Positions 55,561 to 64,000 of a stretch of 64,000 bases of DNA are shown here, one piece after another. The stretch's first letter is position 1; every line of letters starts with the position of its first letter. A program made the position numbers and the translations under genes. The DNA lies in contig CP147779.1 in the NCBI GenBank assembly GCA_037308085.1, positions 32,001 through 96,000 on the forward strand. The letters are read 5' to 3'. The notes beneath the pieces were generated by a model. It saw only the letters and a program-made list of their open reading frames with translations. It was not told where the DNA came from and ran no database searches. The stretch comes from Promethearchaeati archaeon SRVP18_Atabeyarchaeia-1 (GTDB lineage: Archaea > Asgardarchaeota > Atabeyarchaeia > Atabeyarchaeales > Atabeyarchaeaceae).

Positions 55561-55911
55561 ATGGAGAAAGACAAAGTGACAGAGAAACTAGCAACGATGA
55601 TCATGGACAGAATAGAGACGAACCTCTTGAGCGCCAAGGAGAGTCATTTGGATACAAATAGATGCATCCAAAAGGTTATCTCTCTAATTGCTTCTATTAA
55701 GCCACAGGTAAAAGATGAAAAAAGCTGTGAACCCACTCTTGAATGGTGGGGAATTGAAGTGGGAGGAAAATTCTGCCCGTGGTGTTCGAGTGATGACTAC
55801 TTCAAGCATCATCGTACCGCGAAGTGCCCCACTTGTGGTGCTGACTCGAACATACTCGAATGTGAAGAGTGTGGGCGCACATTTCTGCAATGTGGGCATA
55901 AGTTGAACTGA
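55561..55911 (+). CDS. hypothetical Zn-ribbon protein
   Basis: CPWC, CPTCG, CEECG motifs. Confidence 0.5.
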   Translation: MEKDKVTEKLATMIMDRIETNLLSAKESHLDTNRCIQKVISLIASIKPQVKDEKSCEPTLEWWGIEVGGKFCPWCSSDDYFKHHRTAKCPTCGADSNILECEECGRTFLQCGHKLN

Positions 55912-55979
55912 AACAACTCCCCACTTTTTCTTTGACACCCATCCAAATTAGGATGCTCGTTGCGAGGAAACCCACATCC

Positions 55980-56498
55980 CTATGTTTTTTCAAGTTTCTG
56001 CGCCTTGTACCGCCTGCTTAGATCTACGTATCCCTTGTTTCCAACCTTGATCAGCGCCACGTCATTGTCGGTGGCTTGCCTCAAGGGTTTGGCGGGTACG
56101 CCGCCCATTACAGTTCGTGGAGGAACCTTAGTGCCCCCCAATACGACTGCACCGAGCGCAACGATCGACTCTTCGCCGATGACTGACCTATCAAACACGA
56201 TGGCGTTAATACTTACCAGCGAACGGCTTCCAATTGTTGCCCCGTGCACGCAGCAGCCGTGGGCGAGCACGCAGTTGTCCCCTATTGTTGTAGGTACGTC
56301 TCCATGAATCACCGAGTTATCTTGAATTGAGTTGAACTTGCCGATCCGTATCTTGGCAATGTCCCCCCTTATCACGGCGCCATACCAGACGCTCGTACCT
56401 TCGCCTATCTCCACATCACCTATTATAGTAGCAGTCGGCGCTATGAAAGCGCTTGGATCTATCTTAGGTCTCTTGCCATCCAGTTCAACGATGGTCAT
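55980..56498 (-). CDS. gamma-carbonic anhydrase family protein (YrdA/PaaY-like)
   Basis: PSAFIAPTATIIGDV, VWYGAVIRGD, SIQDNSVIH, AHGCCVHG, GVPAK. Confidence 0.92.
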   Translation of the reverse strand: MTIVELDGKRPKIDPSAFIAPTATIIGDVEIGEGTSVWYGAVIRGDIAKIRIGKFNSIQDNSVIHGDVPTTIGDNCVLAHGCCVHGATIGSRSLVSINAIVFDRSVIGEESIVALGAVVLGGTKVPPRTVMGGVPAKPLRQATDNDVALIKVGNKGYVDLSRRYKAQKLEKT

Positions 56499-56668
56499 TG
56501 CGGTCCTCACCTTTTCTGCTTCTTTCTCATTATCTAGACTTATTTACCTGTACGTTCTAAGAGAGGTAATGTGTTTTAATGTTTTGCAGTTCATATCAAG
56601 AGAACCCCTAAGAATAGAGCCACGGATTCCTCGGAGCCTGGCGTCTACGCTGTTGTTGGTGAGCTAGA

Positions 56669-57391
56669 ATGGCTGATGAGCCAAGAGACGGAAAGAAGGG
56701 ACACTCAGAAGACAACGAATTCCTCTGGAGAAAAAAGAAGGTTGAACTTCTTCAAAAGGAAAGCGGTCAGTTGCTTGAAACCCGGCAGATGCTGAAGGAA
56801 TGGATTCGAAGTAGCATAGATCAGTACGGCAATCTCCCGCAGAAGGTGAGGGAGAGGATTGACAGCGCCGGAAGGAACCTAGGAATAACAGTCGATGACG
56901 TCATCGCTGAGGTAATGGCGGAGCAAGTTGTTGGCAAGTCTGGAAAGATTGATCAAGAGAAACTTGCGCTTCTCCTGCTTCAAGAGGCACAGGCCTTGCG
57001 CGAAAAGAATGGCGGAGTAATGACCTTCGCAGAACTCCAGTTGGCACTCGAAGAAGGGCCACTTTCAGGCAAGGTTAAACCTGGTGACGTGAAGAAGGCT
57101 GTCGAAATCCTGACCGACAGGAAACTAATACCAGGACCGAAGGAATTGGATTCGGGACTAATTCTTGTGCGCTTCTTCCCGATCGAGATCAGCCCAGACC
57201 AGAATGCAGTCCTGACCCTAGCAGGAGAGAAGGGCTGGATCACGCTAGAAGAAGTGATGGTCCGAACTGGCTGGTCCAGGGAGAGGTCTGAAATCGCACT
57301 GAAGGAGCTCGAAGATTCAGGAATATCGCGTGCCGACCCAAACTACTCCACAGGTAAGAAGTGGTATTTCCCGGGGCTTACAGGGCATTGA
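56669..57391 (+). CDS. ESCRT-II Vps22/Vps36-like (EAP30) tandem winged-helix protein
   Basis: REKNGGVMTFAEL...DVKKAVEIL...PIEISPDQNAVLTLAGEKGWIT...GWSRERSEIALKELEDSG...WYFPGL parallels eukaryotic Snf8/Vps22. Confidence 0.85.
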   Translation: MADEPRDGKKGHSEDNEFLWRKKKVELLQKESGQLLETRQMLKEWIRSSIDQYGNLPQKVRERIDSAGRNLGITVDDVIAEVMAEQVVGKSGKIDQEKLALLLLQEAQALREKNGGVMTFAELQLALEEGPLSGKVKPGDVKKAVEILTDRKLIPGPKELDSGLILVRFFPIEISPDQNAVLTLAGEKGWITLEEVMVRTGWSRERSEIALKELEDSGISRADPNYSTGKKWYFPGLTGH

Positions 57392-57552
57392 CCCGCAGCA
57401 CATCAGCGACGACTATCGCAACGTTGCAAGAAAGCTTAATATTCCGTATGCTAGATAGGTGATCTGGGAAAGTAGCCACCTGATCATGCCGACTTCTCGC
57501 GGGGGGAAGACTGACCATCACCGTCAATACCAAGGAAGATACCGACAATTGG

Positions 57553-57975
57553 CTGATCAAGGACATCTACATGATCGTGGATGGCTCCGTGATATTTCAT
57601 AGGAGCTACGAGAAGTCGTCCAAGGAGCCTGCGCTCATATCTGGCTTCATTGGAGCGATCGCTTCGTTCGCTAGGGAGATAACATCCACTGGCGTTCTCA
57701 AGAAGGTCCTGATCCCACCCGTAAAGTTCATGGCATCGCAGATAATGGAGCAACCCCAGGTCATAGTGGCTATCCTAGTCTCTGAGAAGTTTCCCGATGA
57801 CCTCTCCGAACAACTTCTCCAATCTATATCTGAGCTTATTCTAGCCAAGTATGTAGGGTCAGTTGTCGAATCGAAGGGAGAAGATCTATCAAGCAAGGCC
57901 TCAAAGGAAGTCCACGCAACTGTGCTGGCGACCATGAGAAGATACATCTACGCCAGGACGGCACATGGAAAGTAA
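57553..57975 (+). CDS. stand-alone longin-domain protein
   Basis: IKDIYMIVDGSVIFHRSY...EPALISGFIGAIASFARE; first beta-strand lies upstream of ATG 57571, so CTG 57553 start inferred. Confidence 0.72.
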   Translation: MIKDIYMIVDGSVIFHRSYEKSSKEPALISGFIGAIASFAREITSTGVLKKVLIPPVKFMASQIMEQPQVIVAILVSEKFPDDLSEQLLQSISELILAKYVGSVVESKGEDLSSKASKEVHATVLATMRRYIYARTAHGK

Positions 57976-58153
57976 ATTGAGACTTCTTGGTCCTTCCCTT
58001 AGATATTCCAGAGATTTTCAGCCCCCTGGCGCTTGGGTGTTGAGTCTTCGCGGCCAGCGAATGTGAGTTGAAAGTGCTTCCCGATACATGGCAAGTTTTA
58101 TATGCTGGGGATTCACCCGTAACTAATAGTTACTTGTAGGTAACAATCCGGAA

Positions 58154-58579
58154 GTGATCCAGATGTCACTGAAGCTATTGCTGGTAAAAGGCAAGAGGGT
58201 TCTCGCTGAAGTTCCCCTGGTGGTCGGTGACGAAGAGAACAGGGAGTTCCTTGAGAAGCAGATAGACGAGCTGGGACGAAGCGAGTTAAGAGAGTTATCA
58301 GAAATATTTGACACCCTATCGAATCAGGACAGGCTGAAAATGCTCTCAAAAATGCTTACGAGCGACGGACCTGTAAGATTTGTGGACTTCATGAATGATC
58401 TTGAGCTTAACCAGAAACTCGTGTCAGACTACTGCAGACGCATGATAGAAAACGGGCTTGTGACATCGCACGAAAGAGGGAAATATGAGGCATCTCCTGT
58501 CGGATTAAGCAGTTTCATGGTGGCAACCGTAGCACTCAAGAAGATCTTGGAGATCCTCGAAAGCGAAGCAGAAGAGTAA
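58154..58579 (+). CDS. ArsR-like winged-helix transcription regulator
   Basis: FDTLSNQDRLKML...NQKLVSDYCRRMIENGLV...RGKY. Confidence 0.75.
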   Translation: MIQMSLKLLLVKGKRVLAEVPLVVGDEENREFLEKQIDELGRSELRELSEIFDTLSNQDRLKMLSKMLTSDGPVRFVDFMNDLELNQKLVSDYCRRMIENGLVTSHERGKYEASPVGLSSFMVATVALKKILEILESEAEE

Positions 58580-58615
58580 GCGCTTACATCTTTTTCCCAG
58601 ATCAGATGGGATCAG

Positions 58616-59599
58616 TCAGCTATCAGGGTTGAGAAGAGTATCTGGCACTTCGTGAACACATTGCTTCAGCCCGGCGCAATATGTAGAAGCGCAACACGAC
58701 CTCCTAAACACTATAGTATTCGCGCTGAGCGTCTTCTCGATCTTGTCTCGGATATCCGACACTGAGACAACCCGCTGCTTCTCGTCAATCACTCTTATGC
58801 GACGGACTATTTCAGATACGTCAAATCCTCTCTTCTGCATCGCCTCAACTATCCTCCTGGTCACCCTGAGATTTCCCAGGACCACTCCTCGGCTACCCCG
58901 ACGGACAGCCTCATCGATGAGACCGACATTTTCATCGACTGCAACTATGCCAGGGAGGATTGGCCGTAGAAACAAAAACGGCTTCAAACCTGCTTCAGCC
59001 AAGTTGCTGATGGTGTCTAACCGTTCTCGGGGACTAGGAGCGAGAGGCTCCAGAAGTCGCGACTTCGACTCATCTAGCGTCAGTATGGTTACCAAGGGGC
59101 TAACCCAATTGCACGATGCCTGTACAGCCTTTGCTTCGTCCCGATCCAGCTTTGACTTAGTTGAGAACTGGATCGGGTTACCTAGTTTTGCCAGCTCCCG
59201 GATATATCCCATCGTCAGCGACTTCAGTTCTGGCTGAAAGGGCTCTACAGTGCTCCCGATAGCGATGTAAGTTCCGTTTACACCTGGAATAAAGCTAGGG
59301 TTGTAGAGGATTGATAATGCGAGCTCCTCTTGCGAAAGAGCGCAGGGTTCCGGTTTCCCGAATCTGAAACCCATGTCGGGAATATAGCAGTAGGTGCAAG
59401 AGTATGCGCAGTTGTCTCCAGAATGAATGGTCAAACCACACTGTATTGGCCTTCTTCTCGAATGGTGGTCGGATCTCGCCCTCCTCACACCCGCCCTGCC
59501 GACAAGCCGCTCATATTGCCTAATCATGACTGACTTCTCCTCTTCAAGTTGCTTTCCTTGAAGGCGCGCTGCAGGGTTCCTAGGGTTTTCTGGCCTCAA
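58616..59599 (-). CDS. radical SAM protein (SplB/Rv2578c-like)
   Basis: CAYSCTYCY, EPFQ, FSTKS, LEPLAPSPRERL, RPILPG. Confidence 0.88.
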   Translation of the reverse strand: MRPENPRNPAARLQGKQLEEEKSVMIRQYERLVGRAGVRRARSDHHSRRRPIQCGLTIHSGDNCAYSCTYCYIPDMGFRFGKPEPCALSQEELALSILYNPSFIPGVNGTYIAIGSTVEPFQPELKSLTMGYIRELAKLGNPIQFSTKSKLDRDEAKAVQASCNWVSPLVTILTLDESKSRLLEPLAPSPRERLDTISNLAEAGLKPFLFLRPILPGIVAVDENVGLIDEAVRRGSRGVVLGNLRVTRRIVEAMQKRGFDVSEIVRRIRVIDEKQRVVSVSDIRDKIEKTLSANTIVFRRSCCASTYCAGLKQCVHEVPDTLLNPDS

Positions 59600-59759
59600 A
59601 CTGCCTCACTTTTGAAACAGCTATTCTTAAAACGGACACGCTAGTGACTCTCTCTATAAGGGTGAGAAAGTTAAAACTCTTTGTTAGCGCACCCTACTAA
59701 TAATAATGGTAATAGCTGCGGCAAATGCGCTTGTCCAATACCAGTGGGCGAAAATCACA

Positions 59760-60275
59760 ATGGCTGAGGAAAGACTCTTCGAACGGATCGGAAGCACGGA
59801 GAACTTCAAGAAATATGTTAAGCTTCTTTTGAATCAGTACCAGATTGTTGACGGATACTGGTTCTCATACATCGAGAAGCAGTATGGGCTGGATATCGCC
59901 CTCAAGATGAATGAGGAAATATGGAGCAAGATCGGCACCAAGACAGCCAGAGACATAAAGTCAATGTTCAAACTCGAAGGAAAGGGCGTCGATAAGGTAC
60001 TGCGCGCACTGCAGCTGCTCCCTTGGTACACTATCACCGACTACCAGGTCTTCATGGAGGGCGAATCCGTGCGGATAGAGATACCGCACTGCCTCCCCCA
60101 AGAGATACGAAAGACGAAGGGAATGGGAGAGTACCCCTGCCGGAAGATGCACACAGGAATCCTTGAAAACTTCGTGAAAGAGATTGATGATTCGGTCAAA
60201 GTCAAGTGCGTCTTCGCGCCACCAGATGAGCACCCCAAGGACCTGTACTGCAGATGGATCCTAGAACCAAAATAA
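59760..60275 (+). CDS. DUF6125-like protein (V4R/ATC-hydrolase-like fold)
   Basis: VDGYWF..IE..YG, HCLPQ..R...GEYPC, VKCVFAPPDEHP...CRW. Confidence 0.7.
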   Translation: MAEERLFERIGSTENFKKYVKLLLNQYQIVDGYWFSYIEKQYGLDIALKMNEEIWSKIGTKTARDIKSMFKLEGKGVDKVLRALQLLPWYTITDYQVFMEGESVRIEIPHCLPQEIRKTKGMGEYPCRKMHTGILENFVKEIDDSVKVKCVFAPPDEHPKDLYCRWILEPK

Positions 60276-60463
60276 GGATGAGCCCAGATAAGGAATCATG
60301 AGAAGTTGCGCCAAGCGCAGATTCTGGCCCTTATACCGGTTATTCGGCGGTCTCATTGGAATATTCTGAATTTGAGCAAATGCTGAGATACAGCGAATTC
60401 GAGAATTTCGTAACAAGATTCCCATGAAAGGCGCCAAACAAGGAGCCCGATTGCAGTTCGATA

Positions 60464-61081
60464 TTACCTCTTTCTCCCGAGAAGGACAGCTGCAAGGAGA
60501 ACCACCGCAGGCGCCACAACTACTGCAGCAACCGCGGTACTCGCCGGGATTGGCGCGTATACGTCCACCTCTAATGGGCCAAAACTCAACCCGTATCCCA
60601 ACCCGCCATAGAATAGACCCACGATGAAATAACGCCCAGGCTGAACTGGGACTCCCCAAGGATTCCATAGAGTCTGGTTGCAGGTCTGCGGCCAAATCAG
60701 AACAGCTGTGACACTTTCCCCAGGGCTAAGGGGAATTCCCCAAAGAACAGAAGGAACAGCCAGAAAAGCGCCATCGACATACACGATATTGTTTGACAAG
60801 TCATACACCGTAAAACCAAACATCAACGCCGAGCCCACGAGAGTTACATTATGATCGCAGATGTTCGTGACGGTGAAGGTAATGTTTACAGGTTCTCCAA
60901 CCCAAAATGTTGTCTTCTGCACCGCAATGGTAAAACTGATCTCGCCTTGCCCATCAACCCTCTCCGCTGCGAGCGGAGTGGTGGCGGAAGGCTGCTTCAC
61001 GCCAAAACCAAAGGCGCACACCATCCCGACCCCAACAACCAAGGCAAGAACCAACAGCGCACGCGCCCTACCGGAAAGCAA
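60464..61081 (-). CDS. membrane-anchored protein with BsuPI-like (intracellular proteinase inhibitor) Ig-fold domain
   Basis: Signal helix; KTTFWVGEPVNITFTVTN...LSPGES...WPQ...VQPGRY; C-terminal TM; start TTG 61081 after GGAGTG (ORF track 61354 overlaps GNAT). Confidence 0.65.
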   Translation of the reverse strand: MLSGRARALLVLALVVGVGMVCAFGFGVKQPSATTPLAAERVDGQGEISFTIAVQKTTFWVGEPVNITFTVTNICDHNVTLVGSALMFGFTVYDLSNNIVYVDGAFLAVPSVLWGIPLSPGESVTAVLIWPQTCNQTLWNPWGVPVQPGRYFIVGLFYGGLGYGLSFGPLEVDVYAPIPASTAVAAVVVAPAVVLLAAVLLGRKR

Positions 61082-61232
61082 AGCATCCACTCCACAAATA
61101 CAAGCGCACCCGAAGGAATAAATGTCTGTGCCTCCGAACGCCATAGCCCTACCAAGAATACGCCAACATTTCCAGAAAAGTCGCCCAACTAGACACTTAC
61201 CCTTGAAGAAAGAAATCAAGCTTGGAACTTCG

Positions 61233-61736
61233 CTACAAGTTCTTGATGAATGGAATCGTCTTGAAGTCGTATTCAGTGCGCAGCCGCTCCCCAGTATCCC
61301 TGAACCCCATCCTGATCCAAAAACCATAGGACTTCCAAGGAACACCCTGCGCATTCTCCGTAGTATCAGTCCTCACCAGGGAAAACCCACACTCCCTGGC
61401 AACGCCTTCAACGTGAGCCACAAGAGCCCTACCAACCCCCTTCCCCTGCTCATCCCTCCTCACATCAAGGTTGTCGATATCGACGTAACCACGTTCCCTC
61501 TTGAACACGATGAACCCAACTACCCTCCCATCCCGCTCAGCCACGGCAACCTCAAAACCACCCTTCAACCTATTCCCCCGAGCCCAAGCCTTCGCCAGCA
61601 CATCAGGCGAGGAAAAGGTAGCAAACTCAGTTGCGGTAAACCCCGCAACCTCGGTCCTCGTCTTCGACGATAGGTTAACCTCACATATAGACGGAATGTC
61701 TTCCCGAATCGCAGGCCGAACAATAAGCCTTGGCAT
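61233..61736 (-). CDS. GNAT family N-acetyltransferase
   Basis: VRPAIREDI, GRVVGF, LDVRRDEQGKGVGRAL, FWIRMGF. Confidence 0.9.
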   Translation of the reverse strand: MPRLIVRPAIREDIPSICEVNLSSKTRTEVAGFTATEFATFSSPDVLAKAWARGNRLKGGFEVAVAERDGRVVGFIVFKRERGYVDIDNLDVRRDEQGKGVGRALVAHVEGVARECGFSLVRTDTTENAQGVPWKSYGFWIRMGFRDTGERLRTEYDFKTIPFIKNL

Positions 61737-61910
61737 GGCAGAGACAGTTAGCAGATTGTAGTATAATTCTTTCTGCTTCTTGGGATGTTTCGCTGTGGAA
61801 TCTCGGGAACGTCGAGCTACAGGTGGATCCAATACAGAGGGAGCCAAGCTGCTACTGTGGTAACCCTGCTTTCCTTTCGCATTTCAGTGTAGTTCTGGCA
61901 ATGAGCCTCA

Positions 61911-63302
61911 TTATTGGCGGTTCATCCTGACTGTTTCGGCGCCAAGCTTCCTCCCGCCATGCCTCAAGGCCATGCTGACATCAATGAGCACCGCCGCAGC
62001 CACGATCACTACACACAGAATGACAATCATATCCGAGCTTGATAGTACACCAAAAGGCTTCTCAGAGTGTGAACCCTCATTCAAAACAGAAGAATAGATG
62101 TAGCCAGGCATGAGCTGGTACGATGGATCAGGTCCATCAAAGCTTGGATCAGCCGCGAAAACGACGACAAGGTCCAAGTACGGGACGACGTATATGTGTT
62201 GGCCGCCGTACCCACTGGCGAAGTAGCCATCGATCAAAGGATACGTCCACCATTGATAGCCATATCCAACGAAATCCGCAACAATGGGGTTCGTCATATG
62301 TTGACGAAGCGACGTCTTCGTTGACTCTGCCACCCAGCCGGCAGAAACAATCTCCTCACCATTCCAAGTGCCGTTGTTCAGCATCAAATACCCAACCTTG
62401 GCCATGTCACGAGGAGTCATATACAGCCCGCCCGCTGTATCGTAGTAGCCACCTAGCGCAGTATCCCACGCAACATCTCCTACGCCAATAGGGTCAAAGA
62501 GGAACTTGCGGGCGAAGGAAGCAACACTATAATTAGAGGTCTGCTGAATTATCACCCCAAGCAATAAAGAAGCCCCTGAACAGTAGACCCATTTCTCTCC
62601 AGGCTGAAATGCCATAGGCAAATTGAGAAAATACTGAGCCCAATTCCCGCTATCATACATCGCGTGAAATGAGTTCCGATAGTCTGAATAGGGCAGCGTC
62701 CATTCATCCCAAGCCAGGCCAGTGGTCATTGTCAACAGGTGCCAGAGCGTCATGTTCCGCTTGCGCGAATCTAGATTCGCGATCTGCCAACCAGGAAAGA
62801 AATCGACAACCCTCTGGCTGACATTCCTTATGAATCCCTTGTCTATTGCGATCCCTATGAGAATTGAAGTAATACTCTTCCCAGCCGACTGCAAGTGATG
62901 CAGTAAACCATAGTACATCCCGTGCCAGTATTCCTCGCAAACAACATACCCATGGCGAACGACAATAAAGGAGTCGGTCGGATAGCCGCCATCAACGATC
63001 AGTTTGATCGCGTCGTCAAGATAGGCAGAACTCATTCCCTGTTCTTCTGGCGTGGAAGTCCGCCAGCCGTCCGTCGGCCAGTAATCCCGCGAAACCGCAC
63101 CATACCGTGTCGCGCTATTCCCCATAGAACCCACTACTCTGGATGCAGCGCCCGCTGCCGACACTGAAACAGACATAAGGACCAGGGAAGCGATAGCTAA
63201 ACAGTAAACCGTTCTCCTAGCTCTGCCCGGACACCATTTCATAATGACCGCCCAGAACCTCACAGCCCGTCTGGAGGCATTGCCCTTTCCGCACAGTCCC
63301 AT
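61911..63302 (-). CDS. secreted, membrane-anchored serine hydrolase (class C beta-lactamase/NylB-like)
   Basis: WPTDGW..STPEEQG, SAGKS (SxxK), LLTMTTG, PGEKWVYCS, YGYQWW, GYGGQ; C-terminal TM. Confidence 0.9.
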   Translation of the reverse strand: MGLCGKGNASRRAVRFWAVIMKWCPGRARRTVYCLAIASLVLMSVSVSAAGAASRVVGSMGNSATRYGAVSRDYWPTDGWRTSTPEEQGMSSAYLDDAIKLIVDGGYPTDSFIVVRHGYVVCEEYWHGMYYGLLHHLQSAGKSITSILIGIAIDKGFIRNVSQRVVDFFPGWQIANLDSRKRNMTLWHLLTMTTGLAWDEWTLPYSDYRNSFHAMYDSGNWAQYFLNLPMAFQPGEKWVYCSGASLLLGVIIQQTSNYSVASFARKFLFDPIGVGDVAWDTALGGYYDTAGGLYMTPRDMAKVGYLMLNNGTWNGEEIVSAGWVAESTKTSLRQHMTNPIVADFVGYGYQWWTYPLIDGYFASGYGGQHIYVVPYLDLVVVFAADPSFDGPDPSYQLMPGYIYSSVLNEGSHSEKPFGVLSSSDMIVILCVVIVAAAVLIDVSMALRHGGRKLGAETVRMNRQ

Positions 63303-63482
63303 GCCTAATCCATCTCTTAACAATTACTATCGAGAAACTGTAATATGGGGGCCTTAATGCCTCGATTACTTGGTTTATTCTCGTTACCCCGGAATTCGAC
63401 AGTAAAGGAAAAAGACGAGGAGCACCACCACAGGGACTGCAACCGCCTTGCGCGCCACAGAGAAGTTCGAGGAAGAGCAAGC

Positions 63483-63977
63483 TCAACTCATCGCGTAGCG
63501 GTCAATCGCTTCTCTTGCCCCAGTCAGCCTCTCTTTCACTTCCTTCCATAAGGCCTCAAGCTGCTTCTGGTAATCCTGCAACACCTGTTCGCCAAGCTTC
63601 CCCTGACCCTCCCCAATCTGCTTCTTCAGGTAAGATATCTGATCAAGAATAGTGTCCGCCTTGATTATATTCAGGCTAGTCTGAGAAAGGAGCTTCGACT
63701 TATCCTCCACAAGCTTACTGACAAGCGCGCTCTGCCTCGCCGCCTGATCTGCAGCAACCTTTGCGATTGCCTGCGCTCCCGCCACATTCTGCTGAAGAAA
63801 ATAGAACCCTATTACCGCTGCCACCCAGCCACTGAAAAAGCCTACCAGATTCGCGATGCCTGTGTACCCCCAAAAGATTGTCGCTAACACAGCCAAACCC
63901 ATTATCAGCATGAAAGAGCCAATGAACACCATCGCCAAAACGTATCTATGCTTCTCCGTTGATTCTTGCAGTTGCAC
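63483..63977 (-). CDS. two-TM membrane protein with coiled-coil tail
   Basis: Two hydrophobic helices ending VIGFYF, then heptad-rich region. Confidence 0.6.
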   Translation of the reverse strand: MQLQESTEKHRYVLAMVFIGSFMLIMGLAVLATIFWGYTGIANLVGFFSGWVAAVIGFYFLQQNVAGAQAIAKVAADQAARQSALVSKLVEDKSKLLSQTSLNIIKADTILDQISYLKKQIGEGQGKLGEQVLQDYQKQLEALWKEVKERLTGAREAIDRYAMS

Positions 63978-64000
63978 GTCATGGCTAGCTGGTTGTGTCC

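Noticed and set aside
61122-61673. 183-aa plus-strand ORF
   Set aside because: Pro-rich antisense shadow of the GNAT gene produced by the local C/A skew

Overview
Archaeal chromosomal segment (about 50% GC, dense coding, frequent TTG/GTG starts). It is very probably from an Asgard archaeon: it carries archaeal core genes (elp3, ileS, priL-priS, rps25e, albA, glmS, glyA, hppA, PDO) plus many eukaryotic-signature-like genes (Vps22/36-type ESCRT-II subunit, gelsolin-type domain, two longin domains, a mu-adaptin/delta-COP homology domain, two SNAP-like helical proteins). Two signals stand out, and neither is explained by the ORF track. (1) A tRNA-Ile with the rare UAU anticodon lies directly behind ileS (4840-5086) and is split by five bulge-helix-bulge introns into six exons, some only 5-7 nt. 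(2) A 1291-bp TnpB-only element (22026-23316) is bounded by 22-bp terminal inverted repeats of IS6-like sequence and an 8-bp target-site duplication, unlike canonical IS200/IS605 elements, and its RuvC-III Asp is replaced by His. Also seen: Cys-less tandem thiolase/DUF35 pairs, several genes apparently needing near-cognate start codons (ATA, ACG, CTG), unannotated Cys-rich microproteins, and a degenerate repeat-delimited accessory region. All protein calls are by motif recognition; no database search was run.
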